Shown: piece after piece, positions 9,028 through 17,256 of the stretch | Layout: the number at the start of each line of letters is the position of its first letter | How positions within the stretch are numbered: position 1 is the stretch's first letter | Origin: a virus | IMG/VR virus record: IMGVR_UViG_3300046167_000921 | Coordinates: 96,001-160,000 of that record | Reading direction: 5' to 3' (one strand) | DNA: 64,000 bases | The notes under the pieces: model-generated | Databases searched by the model: none | The model's input: the letters and a program-made list of their open reading frames with translations, nothing else | What the model was told of the DNA's origin: nothing | Program-made: the position numbers and the translations under genes

Positions 9028-10377
9028 GTGGCTAGTAAAAACGTGCCTGTTGACAAAAAACTCTGGAGTCAGATTCAATCTCTAGCTAAAGGTGAGAGAA
9101 AGTCACCAGTTACCAAAGGTGGAGAGACTGCAAACCCTGTTAATGGGGGTGCGGGCTTTAAGGTCTTTCCGTCTGCTTACGCTAACGGTTGGGCTCTTGC
9201 TCAGTATAAGAGGCTTGGAGGCAAATGGAAGAAAGAGGCGTCTTCCAAAGGCAAGCTAGTTCTTCTAGGGAGAGACTCGGGAGCTATGGTGTACTCTTTC
9301 TACTTCCTCCGTCTCTCACAAGACTACTTCTATCATTACACTTACAAAGATAGAGCTGAAGAAATCTTAGAAGATGGATACCTTCGACCAAATTTCTATA
9401 CCGACCAAGCAGGGGCTGTTGGAGTATTTGCAATATCTGGGACATATGGTCAAGAGGTGACTCGCGTGCAATTGAGCGGGACACGCAAACACCATATGGG
9501 CAATATCGTTGCTATTAAATTCAAGACTAGGACTCTCCCTAAGTACGGCTTTGTGGAAGAAGTAATTTGGGATAAGCCCGTGAAGCTAAGAGACGTAGAA
9601 GTTGTGCCTGTTTCAGAGGTGCTACAAGATCTCAAGTCTAATGCGGACATAGGAAGTCAGTCCAAAGTCTACTACGACCTTAAGAAAGCCATACAGGTGA
9701 AGAAAGAAGTGCAAGAAGGTAAGAAAGCTTCTCACGGGAAGCCTCGTAAGTGGGATGAGAGGCATTGTAAATCTAAGACTTGTGGCGAGATGGGCTTCTC
9801 TGAAAAGGCGTCTTGCAAACCCTATAAGGATTGTTATCGGAAAAACGCATCTGGTATGATACCCCCACCTCCCCGTACTCGCGATCTCATGTCTCAACTC
9901 CCTAAGATTTCCTATCAATATGAAAACAGGTACAATAATAAGGGAATTCAACCCTACCTTGACCGCTGTTATTGGATGGTTTTTGACGGCGTATTAACAA
10001 GTCGTGGATACCCGAGCCAAGCACCTGAGATCAAGGGTCTGGGCGAGAGTCTAGCCCCCTTGATCTCATCTTTAAAAGAACACTTCAACCTCTTAAGACC
10101 AGAGCAGTTTGCCAAGTTGAATGGAGTTCCTTTTAAATGCGATTACCTAGAAACAGCACAAACACCTTCTTATCCCTCTGGGCATACGACCCAAGCGTAT
10201 TACATAGCTCACAAGTTGTCTGACAGATACCCTCACCTCAAGTCTGAGTTTTTCTCCGTCGCTAAGATGGTGGCGGAGTCTCGAGTTGATCGGGGGGTTC
10301 ACTTTTTCTCGGATAACGAGGCGGGGGTTCAGTTAGCTGAGAAGTTACATACCAGAGATCAGAAAAGCTTTAACTAG
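9028..10377 (+). CDS. modular protein: small basic domains fused to a C-terminal PAP2/haloperoxidase-family phosphatase
   Basis: PAP2 motifs KEHFNLLRP, YPSGH, SRVDRGVHFFSD; N-terminal PSAYANGW module; Cys module HCKSKTC...SCKPYKDC. Confidence 0.8.
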   Translation: MASKNVPVDKKLWSQIQSLAKGERKSPVTKGGETANPVNGGAGFKVFPSAYANGWALAQYKRLGGKWKKEASSKGKLVLLGRDSGAMVYSFYFLRLSQDYFYHYTYKDRAEEILEDGYLRPNFYTDQAGAVGVFAISGTYGQEVTRVQLSGTRKHHMGNIVAIKFKTRTLPKYGFVEEVIWDKPVKLRDVEVVPVSEVLQDLKSNADIGSQSKVYYDLKKAIQVKKEVQEGKKASHGKPRKWDERHCKSKTCGEMGFSEKASCKPYKDCYRKNASGMIPPPPRTRDLMSQLPKISYQYENRYNNKGIQPYLDRCYWMVFDGVLTSRGYPSQAPEIKGLGESLAPLISSLKEHFNLLRPEQFAKLNGVPFKCDYLETAQTPSYPSGHTTQAYYIAHKLSDRYPHLKSEFFSVAKMVAESRVDRGVHFFSDNEAGVQLAEKLHTRDQKSFN

Positions 10378-10428
10378 TTCGCTCCCTTATAGTTTTTTAA
10401 TGGCTTACTTCAAACATAGGAGGTAGTC

Positions 10429-12351
10429 ATGTCACGAAAAGCTGTTAAAAGAGATGACCCCAAGCTCAAAAACACGGGCAAAGGCGGTCTAGATACTTGG
10501 TTCTCTGGTCATGGTGGAGGCAAACCCGATGAGAGAGCCACTTGGGGCGATTGGGTGGCGATCACCCCCGTAAAGCACACCATCGAGAAAGAAGACGGTA
10601 AGAAGAAAACTTATGAACCAGGTGACATTGTTGGCCCATGTGGGATATCTAGTGAACCAGAGTGGTCATCCCTTACAGGAAAAGGTAAAAAGCCACTCAA
10701 GTGTATGCCAAGAGAGAAGGCACATAAAATGCCCAAAAAAGACAGAGCTCAACTCGCGAAGAACAAGAGGAAGCAGGAGAATAAGAGCAAAGGTAAAAAG
10801 CCTGTTAACACTCCTACTTTCTCTGAAGAGGCAAAAGAGATTAAGAAATCCGCGTCGAGGGTCGCTTCGAGATACTTGAGGTCGGACTTCTATAGACAAG
10901 TATCTCCCCCAGACGAGCTTTCAAGCCTATCCCAAGGTACGCCCGCCCATAGAACAGAGGACTCTAGACCACAAAGTAGTAGTCTCCCTAACGGAGACTT
11001 CGCAAGGGATATAGGTAGACCTTCTCCTGACTCTCCTTCTTTGAAGCACAGAGACCTGCAGGATCAGCCTAAACCATCGAGTGGGCTTGATCTTGGATAC
11101 GTGCATGATAGCGGGTCTGGCTCTGCGAGAGTAATACCTTATAATTCTGGCTTCTCAAACAACTCGTCGCCCAACAGAAAAGCTTCTCTTTCTAGGGACA
11201 TGGAAACCGCGATCTACGAGTCTTTTTTTGGGTGGTATGATATACCTGTAAAAGGCAAAACGTCCACTAACGGCATGAAGCTGTCTGTATTAGGTAAGAC
11301 CCTAGAGGATATCTACAAGGCATATGGTCTTGTAGGGGGTTATCTTAAAAAAAATCGCATTGGTCATAAGGTGGCGACTCGCAGAAGGGTAGAGGAGGCT
11401 CGATCTCCGCAAAACCGCAAGATCCTCACCATCTACATACCCGACGGGGAAGAATGGCGTGGTATTGCAGAAGAGGTATCTCAACTCCTACATAAGGGTC
11501 GGTATGTGGGTTGGCAGAATATTCCAACTCCCCCTCTTTACCAACATTATGCCAACGCTGTATTTTACAGGAATGATAGGGATTCATCAGGTGCGTATAT
11601 CCCTACCCGCAGATCCGCAGGTTCGCAACCCGCACAAGATTTAGGCGGGGTCAGCACTTGGGTGACTAAAAACAGGCAAGACCAAATTAACCGAAACACC
11701 GAACCTCTGAAGACAAGACCAGATTACGGTGATGGCTCTCCTGATCGAGCCCGAGTCTTGCCCCTCCCAGACGGACACCCGAAAGGAAGGGACGAGATAC
11801 GGCAAGGCCCTGGGGTTATGAACACACCCCCTAGCTCATCGGGTCAAGGTTTGGCAAATAGACCTCCCAAGAACCCTAATTCTATCTCTGAGAAGCCTCT
11901 CCATCAAAGACCTCGATCTAGTGGCATTCCAGGAGATCAATACGGACACCCTTACATAGATCAGTCCGCTTCAACAGGCCTGAGGAGACGTGGTGTTCAC
12001 ATGAAGCAGGTTAAGATGGAAGTGGAAGAGATTTGGGACGTTGACGCTGACGGTAACCTTATTAAGGTCGGTCTTAAGTCTGTTCTCCCTCCAAGGGTGA
12101 GGCAAAGAGAGCAAAGGGGCGAGGTCAAAAGAAAAACTAAGATAGACCACAAGAGGAAGACTACTGCCGAGAAAGCTAGGGATTCCCTTAAAGCGAAGAG
12201 GCGATACAAAAGAAACCCTAGTAGACACATCCGATATCAAGAAAGACGCAGGAAAACACCTAGTCTTTTTAAACGCATGCCATCAGGGGGAGTGTCTTCT
12301 CAAAAACAAGTTCAAGACCGAGACAAAAAAACAAGGGAGAAAAGAAAATGA
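10429..12351 (+). CDS. large basic, low-complexity modular protein (candidate head-internal protein)
   Basis: AGGAGG RBS; K/R-rich termini; GGLDTWF...PCG...KCMP module; SASRVASRYL motif. Confidence 0.75.
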   Translation: MSRKAVKRDDPKLKNTGKGGLDTWFSGHGGGKPDERATWGDWVAITPVKHTIEKEDGKKKTYEPGDIVGPCGISSEPEWSSLTGKGKKPLKCMPREKAHKMPKKDRAQLAKNKRKQENKSKGKKPVNTPTFSEEAKEIKKSASRVASRYLRSDFYRQVSPPDELSSLSQGTPAHRTEDSRPQSSSLPNGDFARDIGRPSPDSPSLKHRDLQDQPKPSSGLDLGYVHDSGSGSARVIPYNSGFSNNSSPNRKASLSRDMETAIYESFFGWYDIPVKGKTSTNGMKLSVLGKTLEDIYKAYGLVGGYLKKNRIGHKVATRRRVEEARSPQNRKILTIYIPDGEEWRGIAEEVSQLLHKGRYVGWQNIPTPPLYQHYANAVFYRNDRDSSGAYIPTRRSAGSQPAQDLGGVSTWVTKNRQDQINRNTEPLKTRPDYGDGSPDRARVLPLPDGHPKGRDEIRQGPGVMNTPPSSSGQGLANRPPKNPNSISEKPLHQRPRSSGIPGDQYGHPYIDQSASTGLRRRGVHMKQVKMEVEEIWDVDADGNLIKVGLKSVLPPRVRQREQRGEVKRKTKIDHKRKTTAEKARDSLKAKRRYKRNPSRHIRYQERRRKTPSLFKRMPSGGVSSQKQVQDRDKKTREKRK

Positions 12352-12950
12352 ACAACCTCAAAGTACTGCAGTTACTTTTAGTGGCACTCCGCTCAGCCCA
12401 TTGGTCGCATTGGACGAGCCATTGGCAAGTTAAGGGTTCTTCTTTTTATGGAGACCATGAACTCATGGAGAGGTTATATGCGGGCTTAGTTGATGAAATT
12501 GATACCTTAGCAGAGAAGATCGTATCTAACTTTGGCTCAGATTCTGTCAACCCTGTAGAACAAGCCCAAGCTATGGCTAATGTCATGATGCCTGTTGCAG
12601 AAGATAGGTCGAACCAGAGTCCGCTTGAGCGAGCTTTGTTTGTCGAGGACGCCCTCCAGATCTTCTTCAAAGCAGCTTACAACTACCTGAAGAAGAGCGG
12701 TTTTTTAACGCTGGGTATGGATGATTTCATCATGTCAATGGCGAACAACCATGAAACCAACCTATACTTGCTCAGGCAAAGACTCAATAAAAACCCTTCA
12801 AAGACAGCCTTCAATAAGTACAACCCCACGGAGCTAGTTGGCCAGCTTTTAAAAGTATTAAGCAGTCATGGTCTCCATGAGGCATACGAACACATAAAGA
12901 GACACAAGGTTCCTCAAGTTGTTGATGACGCTTGGGTTAACCGAGATTAA
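12348..12950 (+). CDS. Dps/ferritin-like four-helix-bundle protein
   Basis: HWTSHWQVKGSSFYGDHELMERLYAGLVDEIDTLAEKI fits the Dps ferroxidase signature HW-x-V-x-G...H...D-x-x-AE. Confidence 0.8.
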   Translation: MNNLKVLQLLLVALRSAHWSHWTSHWQVKGSSFYGDHELMERLYAGLVDEIDTLAEKIVSNFGSDSVNPVEQAQAMANVMMPVAEDRSNQSPLERALFVEDALQIFFKAAYNYLKKSGFLTLGMDDFIMSMANNHETNLYLLRQRLNKNPSKTAFNKYNPTELVGQLLKVLSSHGLHEAYEHIKRHKVPQVVDDAWVNRD

Positions 12951-12959
12951 AAAACTTTT

Positions 12960-12984
12960 CGTGACTGCCCTCTTTTTTGATAAT
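12960..12984 (+). promoter_or_regulatory. putative promoter CGTGAC-N13-GATAAT
   Basis: Same motif and spacing at 13782 and 63141; lies upstream of the 13023 gene. Confidence 0.6.
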
Positions 12985-13022
12985 ACTTAACATAAGTAAT
13001 CAATCTAGTTAAAAAAGGCACG

Positions 13023-13553
13023 TTGAAAATGAAAAGAAAAATTGTTGAAGTAAAAGTTGAATTGGCCAAGTTCATGACTCACTTATTGGCTCCGTTCTAC
13101 GGCAAGCCTCAGGATGAGGACGGCAACGCCCTGCCAAGCAAGCGAGAGAAGAGCTGGTCGTTCTCACTGCACAACGCAAAGAACAACACGCATCTCACCT
13201 TCACGGCAACTCGAGCAAGGGGCGAGTACGAGAGTGACCCTGTTAAGGTTAGCCTCTCATGCACCAACTATGATCGTGTGATCGCCACAGTAGGGAAGAA
13301 CGCCTTCACTCCAGAATTGGCATACACCGACCATGAGAAGTTGGGGCTTGAAACCTTGAAGTGGGTCGTCGATGCCTCGAACGAGGGTTGGGATTGCCCT
13401 GATCACATTCGGGTCATGGCGGAGAGTCGTTGTGCGAGGTGTAGACTCGCACTTACCAACCCGACATCTGTCGAGTGGTTCTTCGGACCTACTTGCCGAA
13501 AGCGTGTAGGTATCGTGGCGACTAACTCAAAGACTGCAAAAGCAAAAAAGTAG
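13023..13553 (+). CDS. hypothetical protein with C-terminal DUF6011-like Cys motif
   Basis: CARCRLALTNPTSVEWFFGPTCRKR fits the CxxC...LTxPxS...GPxC pattern. Confidence 0.75.
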   Translation: MKMKRKIVEVKVELAKFMTHLLAPFYGKPQDEDGNALPSKREKSWSFSLHNAKNNTHLTFTATRARGEYESDPVKVSLSCTNYDRVIATVGKNAFTPELAYTDHEKLGLETLKWVVDASNEGWDCPDHIRVMAESRCARCRLALTNPTSVEWFFGPTCRKRVGIVATNSKTAKAKK

Positions 13554-13781
13554 TTCTGCTTTGACCCCTATGGGGTCTTTAGAGGGACTCACCCTCGTCG
13601 CATTGTTGCCTTGATCCCTCATCTGGTGAGGTGAGTTCTTTATATGCTCCATAGAAATACGGGGCATACCCCAAGATTAATATGGACGTGTACAGGTAGG
13701 TCATAATGCACCTCAATCTTCGGAGGCTGAGAGAAGAGGTGCATATACCTGACTTTTTCTTTAGGGTAAAGAAAAAAAAAC

Positions 13782-13806
13782 CGAGACCCTCAAACTTATT
13801 GATAAT
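13782..13806 (+). promoter_or_regulatory. putative promoter CGAGAC-N13-GATAAT
   Basis: Motif shared with 12960 and 63141 at identical spacing. Confidence 0.55.
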
Positions 13807-13813
13807 ATAAGTA

Positions 13814-13849
13814 TAGTTAGTTTAGTTTAGTTTAGTTTAGTTTAGTTAG
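13814..13849 (+). repeat. (TTTAG)5 microsatellite with partial flanking units
   Basis: tagttag tttag x5 ttagg, directly before an AGGAG RBS. Confidence 0.95.
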
Positions 13850-13858
13850 GAGCACAGC

Positions 13859-13939
13859 ATGAGCATCGGAATTCTCAGCCTCGTTTTCTACGCCACCCTT
13901 CTCGGGATCGCTCTCGCAGATGCGGATTTATCGGCTTAA
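13859..13939 (+). CDS. 26-aa hydrophobic peptide MSIGILSLVFYATLLGIALADADLSA
   Basis: AGGAG RBS 7 nt upstream; promoter motif upstream, terminator downstream; TM-like core. Confidence 0.55.
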   Translation: MSIGILSLVFYATLLGIALADADLSA

Positions 13940-14001
13940 AAAAAATAAAAAAAAAGAAAAGAAAAGAAAACGAGCAAACTTCCTGTGGGGGGAGTTTTAA
14001 G

Positions 14002-14032
14002 AAGACCCAGACTTTATAGTCTGGGTTTTTTT
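14002..14032 (+). terminator. intrinsic terminator
   Basis: AAGACCCAGACT-TTAT-AGTCTGGGTTTT hairpin followed by a T run; sits between convergent units. Confidence 0.85.
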
Positions 14033-14047
14033 ATGCCTTCTGGCAAG

Positions 14048-15901
14048 TCACTTTCCCCGATTTATCCTATCTTTGAGGCTGTAGGAAGAAGGCGACCGAG
14101 GAGCTACTCTTCTAGGGTCGCTCCCTCCTCTGCCTGAGTATCTGCCCGCTGTGGCAAAGGTCTTCCCTCCAGCCATCGGGTGGGAGTAGTTTGACCTGCC
14201 TTTCGCGAAGTATCGGGTCTTCCCGATACTGTTTGAAGCGAGCCATGTCATTCTGACAATCGCATCTGACATATCGTCGTGCTTACCTGCGACCTGAGGA
14301 GCTTCTACTGTGATCAGGTGCTTTGAGTGTACTGTCTGTTGCAGTTCTAGCATCTCAACAATATAAGGCTCGTTTCCATCTTGGAGGGGGTCTTTTCTGT
14401 TATAGAGCCTCAGCTTCTTATCCCACATCATATCTTTGAAGTTCTGGTACATCTGAGAAGTGATTTGCTTCGTCATGTTAACCGAGGTGAGTTGCTTCAA
14501 GCCCCTTTTTTCGAGGGCTTGCTGGAAGGGGATGCCCGCCCATTGGTCAAAGATCCCTTCAGCGAAGTAGAACTTGTTAGAGAACCCCAGCACCCAATCT
14601 GCGACATCATCAAACTCTAGTCTCTCTTTGTCCACATAAAGACCTTCTCCCGCTTTGATCATATCGACAAGGTCTAATACGATGCGTCCGTCTTCTTCAA
14701 TATGTCCAATTGCAATAGCACTGCCGTCACCTACAAGTGCGAGGTCAATACCTACAAAGTGAGGTCTTCTGGCGGGTGCAGACCTGTTAGCTGAGAGGGA
14801 GGGGTCTACACAAGCGAGTAGGTCTTCCTCTTTCTCTATCCAGCCTCTTGTTCTATCCGTGAACTCGCCTCCGTACTCTGTGAAGAAGACTGCAGGGTTC
14901 TTGAGGTAGTGTTTCTCAAACTCTTGAGCTGGTACGGTAGGGTTGACCTCCCATGTAGGAGCTTGGACAGACAGGATATTATCAGCCGCCTGTCCTCCTC
15001 TCATGCCGATTTGGAAGATAGTATAAAACAGACCCTGTCTGCCAAGGGGAGAAGAGATAAGTATAACCCTACCCTCAACCTCCCCTATAGGTACAGTTGG
15101 ATTATCGGGGTCTTTCGCGGAGTAGGCTGATGTTGAAGGTACAACCGCGTTATAGACTTCCTCCGCCCCTGATTGTCCCGTTTCGGTAAAGTGGGCTACC
15201 TCATCAAGGATGACGCATATGTTACCTGCACCACGAAGACCTTTAGCGACACAGGATCTGAAAGTGACCTTCAGTGTGGCTTTAGCTGTAGGGTCTTCTA
15301 TGTAACGCCCATACTTCTCAACGTCAGCGGGTGTCTGAAACCTAGCATAGCTAAGAGTGTTATTCGCGGTGTAAGGCCCAAAGAATGCACAATTCCGATA
15401 GTGTCCAGACACCTCTTGATAGAGTAGGCCTGCTTGGTCTTTGTCTGTAGCTACAGAGATTATTTGTATGTTGTTGGATGCTGGCAGGCCGTAGAACTTT
15501 TGAGGGTTCTCTTTTTTGATGAGCTTATATGTCTCGTAGGCGGCGATGCACGCGGATATTGTAGTCTTCCCAGACCTCCTGCCTATGGAGAGAACCATCT
15601 CTCGCCTCTGCTTGCCTGGTATAACCTCTCCTATGTTGCATCTGCCTTCATCAAAAAGCTTTTTGAGGTAACTCTTCTCCGTGTGTACTTCTACGTTCTT
15701 CCTTGACCAATCAGAGATCTCGAAAGTCTCTGTGTCATCAAGCTCCAGCCCGTAGTGAGCTTTCAAAATAACTCTCTGCACAGGGAATAGGTTCATTTTT
15801 AAGCCCCAAGGAGACTCCACGAACTCTATGATATTAGCATCTTTTTCGGATCTCTTCCCAGCTTTGGCACTTGCACTGATTGCAACTGAGGAAAGACTCA
15901 T
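14048..15901 (-). CDS. terL: terminase large subunit
   Basis: Walker A GRRSGKT, Walker B ILDEVAHF, coupling motif ISSP, nuclease VGIDLA and C-terminal HDDMSDA. Confidence 0.93.
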   Translation of the reverse strand: MSLSSVAISASAKAGKRSEKDANIIEFVESPWGLKMNLFPVQRVILKAHYGLELDDTETFEISDWSRKNVEVHTEKSYLKKLFDEGRCNIGEVIPGKQRREMVLSIGRRSGKTTISACIAAYETYKLIKKENPQKFYGLPASNNIQIISVATDKDQAGLLYQEVSGHYRNCAFFGPYTANNTLSYARFQTPADVEKYGRYIEDPTAKATLKVTFRSCVAKGLRGAGNICVILDEVAHFTETGQSGAEEVYNAVVPSTSAYSAKDPDNPTVPIGEVEGRVILISSPLGRQGLFYTIFQIGMRGGQAADNILSVQAPTWEVNPTVPAQEFEKHYLKNPAVFFTEYGGEFTDRTRGWIEKEEDLLACVDPSLSANRSAPARRPHFVGIDLALVGDGSAIAIGHIEEDGRIVLDLVDMIKAGEGLYVDKERLEFDDVADWVLGFSNKFYFAEGIFDQWAGIPFQQALEKRGLKQLTSVNMTKQITSQMYQNFKDMMWDKKLRLYNRKDPLQDGNEPYIVEMLELQQTVHSKHLITVEAPQVAGKHDDMSDAIVRMTWLASNSIGKTRYFAKGRSNYSHPMAGGKTFATAGRYSGRGGSDPRRVAPRSPSSYSLKDRINRGK

Positions 15902-16569
15902 TTCTCCCCCATCGCTTTCTTTGCGTCATTCATCCAATCGGGGTCGTCTACCATATTCCCGAACACGGCAAAGATGCTCTCCGCCAATTCAGGTCTTACT
16001 CCAGCCTCATCGCAAGACTTCCTGAAGGTCTCTGCGATATGCCCAAAGACTTTTTTGAACGCCTTTGAATCTAAGTCTATGGACTTGGATGACATGATTT
16101 CTTTTTTCTTCAGCCAAGTGTCTCCGACAGCCCTTAATGCATTAACTCTTCGCAAAGAGATCTGGGAAGTCTTCTCGCCTCTCCTTTCCGCCTCTTCTCG
16201 CTCGAAAGCCAAAGAAGCGGACTCTTCTGCGAGACCCACAAGAACTTGTGTGAGAACGTGTTCAGAGTCGGGGTTTGTTTTAGTCTCACCCAGCACTTTG
16301 TCGGACTTTACTTTAGTCTTCTTCCTTTGTTGCAAGCTATTTAGATTAACCGCAGAAGAAGAGCTAGGCGAAGCTGGGTTTGTTATTGGAGAGGATGTGC
16401 TGGGTGATCCTGGTTTGCCGTACATAACATATGGCTCTCCTGTCTTAGGGTTGATCTGCACGTCATCTTTGTCTACTAGCTCCGAGGGCTTCTTCCATAC
16501 GAGCTTTCCGTATTCATCTTTTACTTGTACTCTGGTAGCCCCATGAGGGATAGGTATTCTAGTAGGCAT
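15898..16569 (-). CDS. hypothetical helical protein, candidate terminase small subunit
   Basis: ATGA-coupled immediately upstream of terL; helical composition; positional inference only. Confidence 0.45.
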   Translation of the reverse strand: MPTRIPIPHGATRVQVKDEYGKLVWKKPSELVDKDDVQINPKTGEPYVMYGKPGSPSTSSPITNPASPSSSSAVNLNSLQQRKKTKVKSDKVLGETKTNPDSEHVLTQVLVGLAEESASLAFEREEAERRGEKTSQISLRRVNALRAVGDTWLKKKEIMSSKSIDLDSKAFKKVFGHIAETFRKSCDEAGVRPELAESIFAVFGNMVDDPDWMNDAKKAMGEK

Positions 16570-16586
16570 TTTTCAGCACTCCTTTC

Positions 16587-17246
16587 TCAGGAGATGTCCA
16601 TAGGGGACATGCCTCCCTTTCTTAAGATATTAACATACGCCCCCTCGTTTACAGGGTCATATAGTATGTTACCATCAGAGTCCTCTAAGACGAAAGGTGG
16701 ATCTCCACCTAAGAGGAGGTACGTGTAAGAGTAGACTCTAATGAAGAGGTCGTCAAACACCCCTCTGCTGTAGACAAGAACATGATTCAAGTTATTCGGG
16801 TCTATCTCAGCTTTCAGGTTGACTTTCATATCATTAAGTATGTTAGCGAGGTCTTCCGCCACGTCGTTGACATCCCCCGCTCCTTCCCCTTCAGCTTGAC
16901 CAAAGTAAGATCCTGCTTTGAGTGAACTAAGTCTATCTAAATCTTGAGAGTTTTGACCTATAATCTGAATCTCGTCTGATTTGTAGTAAGGGGGGGCGTT
17001 ACCTAAGTTCGGGTTTCCGAAATCGGTAGACTCCACTTTAATTCTCAACAAGGCTTCACGGCTCTTGGTGTTACCTAAGAGAGCATCGCCTGTGTTTGAG
17101 CTAATTACTTGAGTCTCAAAAACCTGCCTCAAAGGGACAGGGTTGCCTGACTCTCCTTTTGAAGGGTCTGAAGACCTAGCATGGTGTGCAACAAGCATCT
17201 TGAAAGAGGGGGAAGCCACAACTCGTTTCTGGTAGGAAGAATACAT
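16587..17246 (-). CDS. hypothetical protein (virion-module operon)
   Basis: ORF track; co-oriented in the packaging cluster. Confidence 0.7.
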   Translation of the reverse strand: MYSSYQKRVVASPSFKMLVAHHARSSDPSKGESGNPVPLRQVFETQVISSNTGDALLGNTKSREALLRIKVESTDFGNPNLGNAPPYYKSDEIQIIGQNSQDLDRLSSLKAGSYFGQAEGEGAGDVNDVAEDLANILNDMKVNLKAEIDPNNLNHVLVYSRGVFDDLFIRVYSYTYLLLGGDPPFVLEDSDGNILYDPVNEGAYVNILRKGGMSPMDIS

Positions 17247-17256
17247 CTACAAGCTC

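Noticed and set aside
13814-13849. Telomere-like repeat or genome terminus
   Set aside because: Only five units, internal, and embedded between a promoter and an RBS.
2770-15901. Inteins or group I introns in nrdA or terL
   Set aside because: Both have normal lengths with contiguous motifs; no splice-junction (C...HN) or LAGLIDADG/HNH signatures.
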